NCBI GenBank assembly: GCA_016840425.1
Contig: JAEOSI010000103.1
Span: forward strand, 1-7,695
DNA from: Candidatus Wukongarchaeum yapensis
GTDB taxonomy: Archaea; Asgardarchaeota; Wukongarchaeia; Wukongarchaeales; Wukongarchaeaceae
Direction of reading: 5' to 3'
DNA: 7,695 nucleotides
Positions within the stretch are counted from its first letter, which is position 1, and every line of letters begins with the position of its first letter. A model generated the notes under the pieces. That model saw only the letters and a list, made by a program, of their open reading frames with translations. It made no database searches and was not told the origin of the DNA. Positions 5,178 through 7,695 of the stretch are shown piece after piece. Position numbers and translations under genes: made by a program.

Positions 5178-5423
5178 TTGAGTAAGCCTGTTGAAAGTTC
5201 CTATATAAGAATCTCAGACAGTCGAGGGATATCCATAGCGCGTTGGGGTAAGCGCAAGGTTAAAGGAGAAGAATTTAGTGGCAACATAAGCATCCAAGAA
5301 GTACGCATATTAGAGGATGGAAAAAGAGAGTATGGCGAAACACTTTATGTACCCGCAGGCGCCCTTGCAAACCTCATAATGGAACTCCAAAGAATGTATA
5401 TCAAACTAAAAGAAACCGAATAA
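5178..5423 (+). CDS. Small 81-aa protein, possible PC4/Whirly-like single-stranded nucleic-acid-binding fold
   Basis: Strong SD GGAGGT (5165-5170) before the TTG. Alternating beta-type segments (ISIARW, NISIQEVR, LEDGKREYGETLYVP) are followed by an amphipathic C-terminal helix (ALANLIMELQRMYIKL). The CDS is likely; the fold call is an inference. Confidence 0.7.
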   Translation: MSKPVESSYIRISDSRGISIARWGKRKVKGEEFSGNISIQEVRILEDGKREYGETLYVPAGALANLIMELQRMYIKLKETE

Positions 5424-5488
5424 AAATTGGACAGTTAGTAAATTGAAACCAGAATAAGGGAAAGTAAAAGGGCAGAGATAGGGCCTTA

Positions 5489-7396
5489 TTATTCTTTTAG
5501 GGCTATTTGTGTTTTTGTTTTTGCGATTAAGATAGGGTCTTTGATGATTGGTTCCATCTCCGTTTTTATTTTTTCTAAGTTTTCGTAGCTATTGTGAAAG
5601 AATATTGTTTTTCTTGGGTTGATGGTTTTTATTGTGTTTATTACTTGATCTTTGTCTGGGTGTAAGTTCGTTATTTTATCCGAGTGTTTTAAGTTAAAGA
5701 TTTGGGCTTTTATGTCTATGGTGGTGATTTCTAACTCTTCCTCTTCCGCGCCTTCTCCTTTTCTTGACTCTTTTTTCTTTTTTTCTTTTTTCATTTTTAG
5801 TTTTTTTAGGGCGAGGGGTGTGTATTTTACTGTTATTTTTTCAGTTTTCCCTTGCTCAATTAAGGTTCCTGGTTCTTTCTTTTGCATGCCTGTGAGAACG
5901 ATGAGGTTTTTTTCGTCAGTTCCAAGGTAAAAGAGGAAGGTCATTATGGGGAGGTTGGAAAAGTTGTTTGGTTCGCTTATAATGATGGAGGGGGAGGTTA
6001 TGGCGTTTATGCGGTCGTCTGCTGTTTTTAATTCTCGGACAAGAGGACTTGAAAAAGGATCTGGTTCGTCTAAAATTTTTTCCTGAAAACCTTTACTAAT
6101 GCTTAGCAATCTTGATTTTACACACTTCATACATTCAAAAACTATTGGTTCGGCGTATATTGGGGGGCTTTTTGAAGGATCTGGGTAGTGATCAAAAAAG
6201 GTGGTTATAAGGTCGAGGGATAACCCTAAAGAGTCTGCACCTATGAGGACATTGCCTTTCCGTTTGATTATTCTTTCGGCCTCTTCTAGAAGGGCCTTCT
6301 TAATTTCATCCTTCGGAGCTGTAGATTTATGAGCAAAAGAAGCGTCAAGTATCAAAACATCTATCTCTTTCCTTTCCTCTTTAATCCTGTTGATTGTTTG
6401 AAGGGACCCATCTACAGGAAAATGATCCAAAAGATAGTAGTCCCCCGTATAAAGCACTTTAAAGCCGTTAAGATTTAAGAGAAACATGGCAGAACCCGGT
6501 ATGTGTCCAGCTTTCAGCGCGGTTATCTCCAAAGGCGTCCCTTCACCTTCCCCCTCTTTCTCTTCTTCTTTTTTTGTTCCGCCGATCTGGATCTTTTCAT
6601 CATAAAATGCTGGAACAAAGTACCTAAAAAAGGGTTCAAAAATAGAGTAATCTTTAAAACCGCTCCCTAAAATAGCGAGATCAACGCTCATCGGGGTAGC
6701 AATAATAGGTGCTTGACACCCTTCATCAAATAAAAATTTAAGTGCATAAATGTGATCTAAGTGGGCGTGGGAAACCAAAACTAAATCTATATCGCCGATA
6801 TTAATAGTCTCTTTAATCATTTCTTTTGCTTTTTCTTCGTCAAATCCACAGTCTAAGAGGATGTTTATTTCCCCTGCCTTTAAAAGGAGAGAGTTTTTAC
6901 TCGGACTGCTCATTATAGGTTCAACGGTTATCGGCGTCATAGAATAACTAGAAACCTTTTCGCCTATTTTGCCAAGCAGTTCCTTTCGCTTTTCAATGTC
7001 TGATATTTCTTTGTTGACATAGGCGCTTATCTCGCTTTCTTCCAAGTTTAGAAAAGTAATGTGGGGAAACCATCCGATATATTTCGCTATCTTCCAACGT
7101 CTTTGAAAAATAACATCCTTTTCAGGATCACCAACACTTCTTATAATCAGAATACGATCGTCAGGGTAGGCTACAAACTCCTTAACACTCTCACGGACAT
7201 AATCTTCAAACCCTTTAAGATTTAAGATGAAGTTAATAGCCTCCTTTAAAGGCTTCTGGTCAATAAAATCCCGCCAAAAATGATCTAAAACAGTAAGACG
7301 CTGCCTAACCCTAGAAGTTACACCATAACGAACCTCGCAGCTAAAACCCTCAACTTCTATCCTTTCAACTTTTTTACCCATACATAAACCCGCCAT
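5489..7396 (-). CDS. Metallo-beta-lactamase/beta-CASP nuclease, strongly diverged aCPSF1 (FttA)-like protein
   Basis: ILLDCG (motif 1), SHAHLDH (motif 2, 6752-6769), AGHIPGSA (motif 3), LYTGD (motif 4), ILDAS (A), LHPD (B), FFHNS (C). The N-terminal ~150 aa carry aCPSF1-like remnants IGWFPHI and KRKELLGKIGEKV. An alternative start is ATG 7381. Confidence 0.85.
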   Translation of the reverse strand: MAGLCMGKKVERIEVEGFSCEVRYGVTSRVRQRLTVLDHFWRDFIDQKPLKEAINFILNLKGFEDYVRESVKEFVAYPDDRILIIRSVGDPEKDVIFQRRWKIAKYIGWFPHITFLNLEESEISAYVNKEISDIEKRKELLGKIGEKVSSYSMTPITVEPIMSSPSKNSLLLKAGEINILLDCGFDEEKAKEMIKETINIGDIDLVLVSHAHLDHIYALKFLFDEGCQAPIIATPMSVDLAILGSGFKDYSIFEPFFRYFVPAFYDEKIQIGGTKKEEEKEGEGEGTPLEITALKAGHIPGSAMFLLNLNGFKVLYTGDYYLLDHFPVDGSLQTINRIKEERKEIDVLILDASFAHKSTAPKDEIKKALLEEAERIIKRKGNVLIGADSLGLSLDLITTFFDHYPDPSKSPPIYAEPIVFECMKCVKSRLLSISKGFQEKILDEPDPFSSPLVRELKTADDRINAITSPSIIISEPNNFSNLPIMTFLFYLGTDEKNLIVLTGMQKKEPGTLIEQGKTEKITVKYTPLALKKLKMKKEKKKKESRKGEGAEEEELEITTIDIKAQIFNLKHSDKITNLHPDKDQVINTIKTINPRKTIFFHNSYENLEKIKTEMEPIIKDPILIAKTKTQIALKE

Positions 7397-7550
7397 AAAA
7401 AATCCTTAAACAAAGCTTATTTATTACCAGCAGAGAACCTCTCTGTCCTCAACTTACATCGTCCTAGGAACAGTGTCCAGAATATCTATTTTGAGTAGAG
7501 ATAGATAACTGTTATGCCCATGAGATTTGCCTAGATAGATGGGAATTAAG

Positions 7551-7564
7551 AAAAAAATAGGGGG
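7551..7564 (-). terminator. C-run plus T7 terminator-like tract downstream of the right-edge ORF
   Basis: The minus strand reads CCCCCTATTTTTTT, about 80 nt after the TAA at 7645-7647. Confidence 0.4.
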
Positions 7565-7644
7565 ATTTAAGAACTTAAATATTATTTTTGGGGAATTCTA
7601 AACAAAACTTACAAAAAATAACTTTATCATGGGCCTTTTTTAAA

Positions 7645-7695
7645 TTATAAGAACTTTTCACCTTCAATGTCAATTATTTTCTTAATTTGTTTATT
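7645..7695 (-). CDS. Possible 3' end of a gene entering from the right edge
   Basis: An open frame from the edge reads NKQIKKIIDIEGEKFL-stop. The composition is protein-like, but 16 aa is too short to assign. Confidence 0.4.
   Translation of the reverse strand, partial: NKQIKKIIDIEGEKFL

Noticed and set aside
5411-5456. GAAACC(A)GAATAA imperfect repeat at the end of the small gene
   Set aside because: It is short, imperfect and A-rich, with no supporting structure.
5652-5930. 92-aa plus-strand ORF with poly-Phe/Ser
   Set aside because: It is the antisense read of the Lys/Glu-rich insertion in the beta-CASP gene.
5489-7396. Calling the beta-CASP protein a DNA-repair nuclease (Artemis/SNM1-like) because dinB is nearby, or labelling it outright as fttA
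   Set aside because: Motif C retains His (RNA-type) and the architecture is aCPSF1-like. Too many aCPSF1 signature motifs are altered to assign the gene symbol.
1-7695. Mobile element, prophage or defence island
   Set aside because: No transposase, integrase, terminal inverted repeats with target-site duplication, phage structural genes or recognisable defence domains were seen.

Overview
AT-rich, gene-dense window that looks archaeal. Support: GGAGGT/GAGGTG ribosome-binding sites, TATA-like boxes, a PCNA-binding PIP box on a Y-family polymerase, and an aCPSF1-like gene. The lineage cannot be fixed from sequence alone. Left to right: the 5' part of a gene running off the left edge (possibly FIST-N); a TPR-only protein with 9 repeats; three tandem DUF1858-like CxxC mini-proteins, one canonical and two divergent, linked by a duplicated intergenic element; three co-oriented minus-strand genes in transcription order PfpI/DJ-1, DNA polymerase IV and a HExxH metallopeptidase; a small PC4-like protein; a 635-aa metallo-beta-lactamase/beta-CASP protein that looks like a strongly diverged aCPSF1/FttA paralogue; and a short possible gene end at the right edge. 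No rRNA, tRNA, CRISPR array or mobile element was seen. The strongest leads are the remodelled FttA-like nuclease, the DUF1858 triplet with a probable A8 slippage, and the DJ-1/Pol IV/HExxH cluster as a possible aldehyde or crosslink damage-tolerance module. All family calls come from motif recognition by eye; no database search was run.
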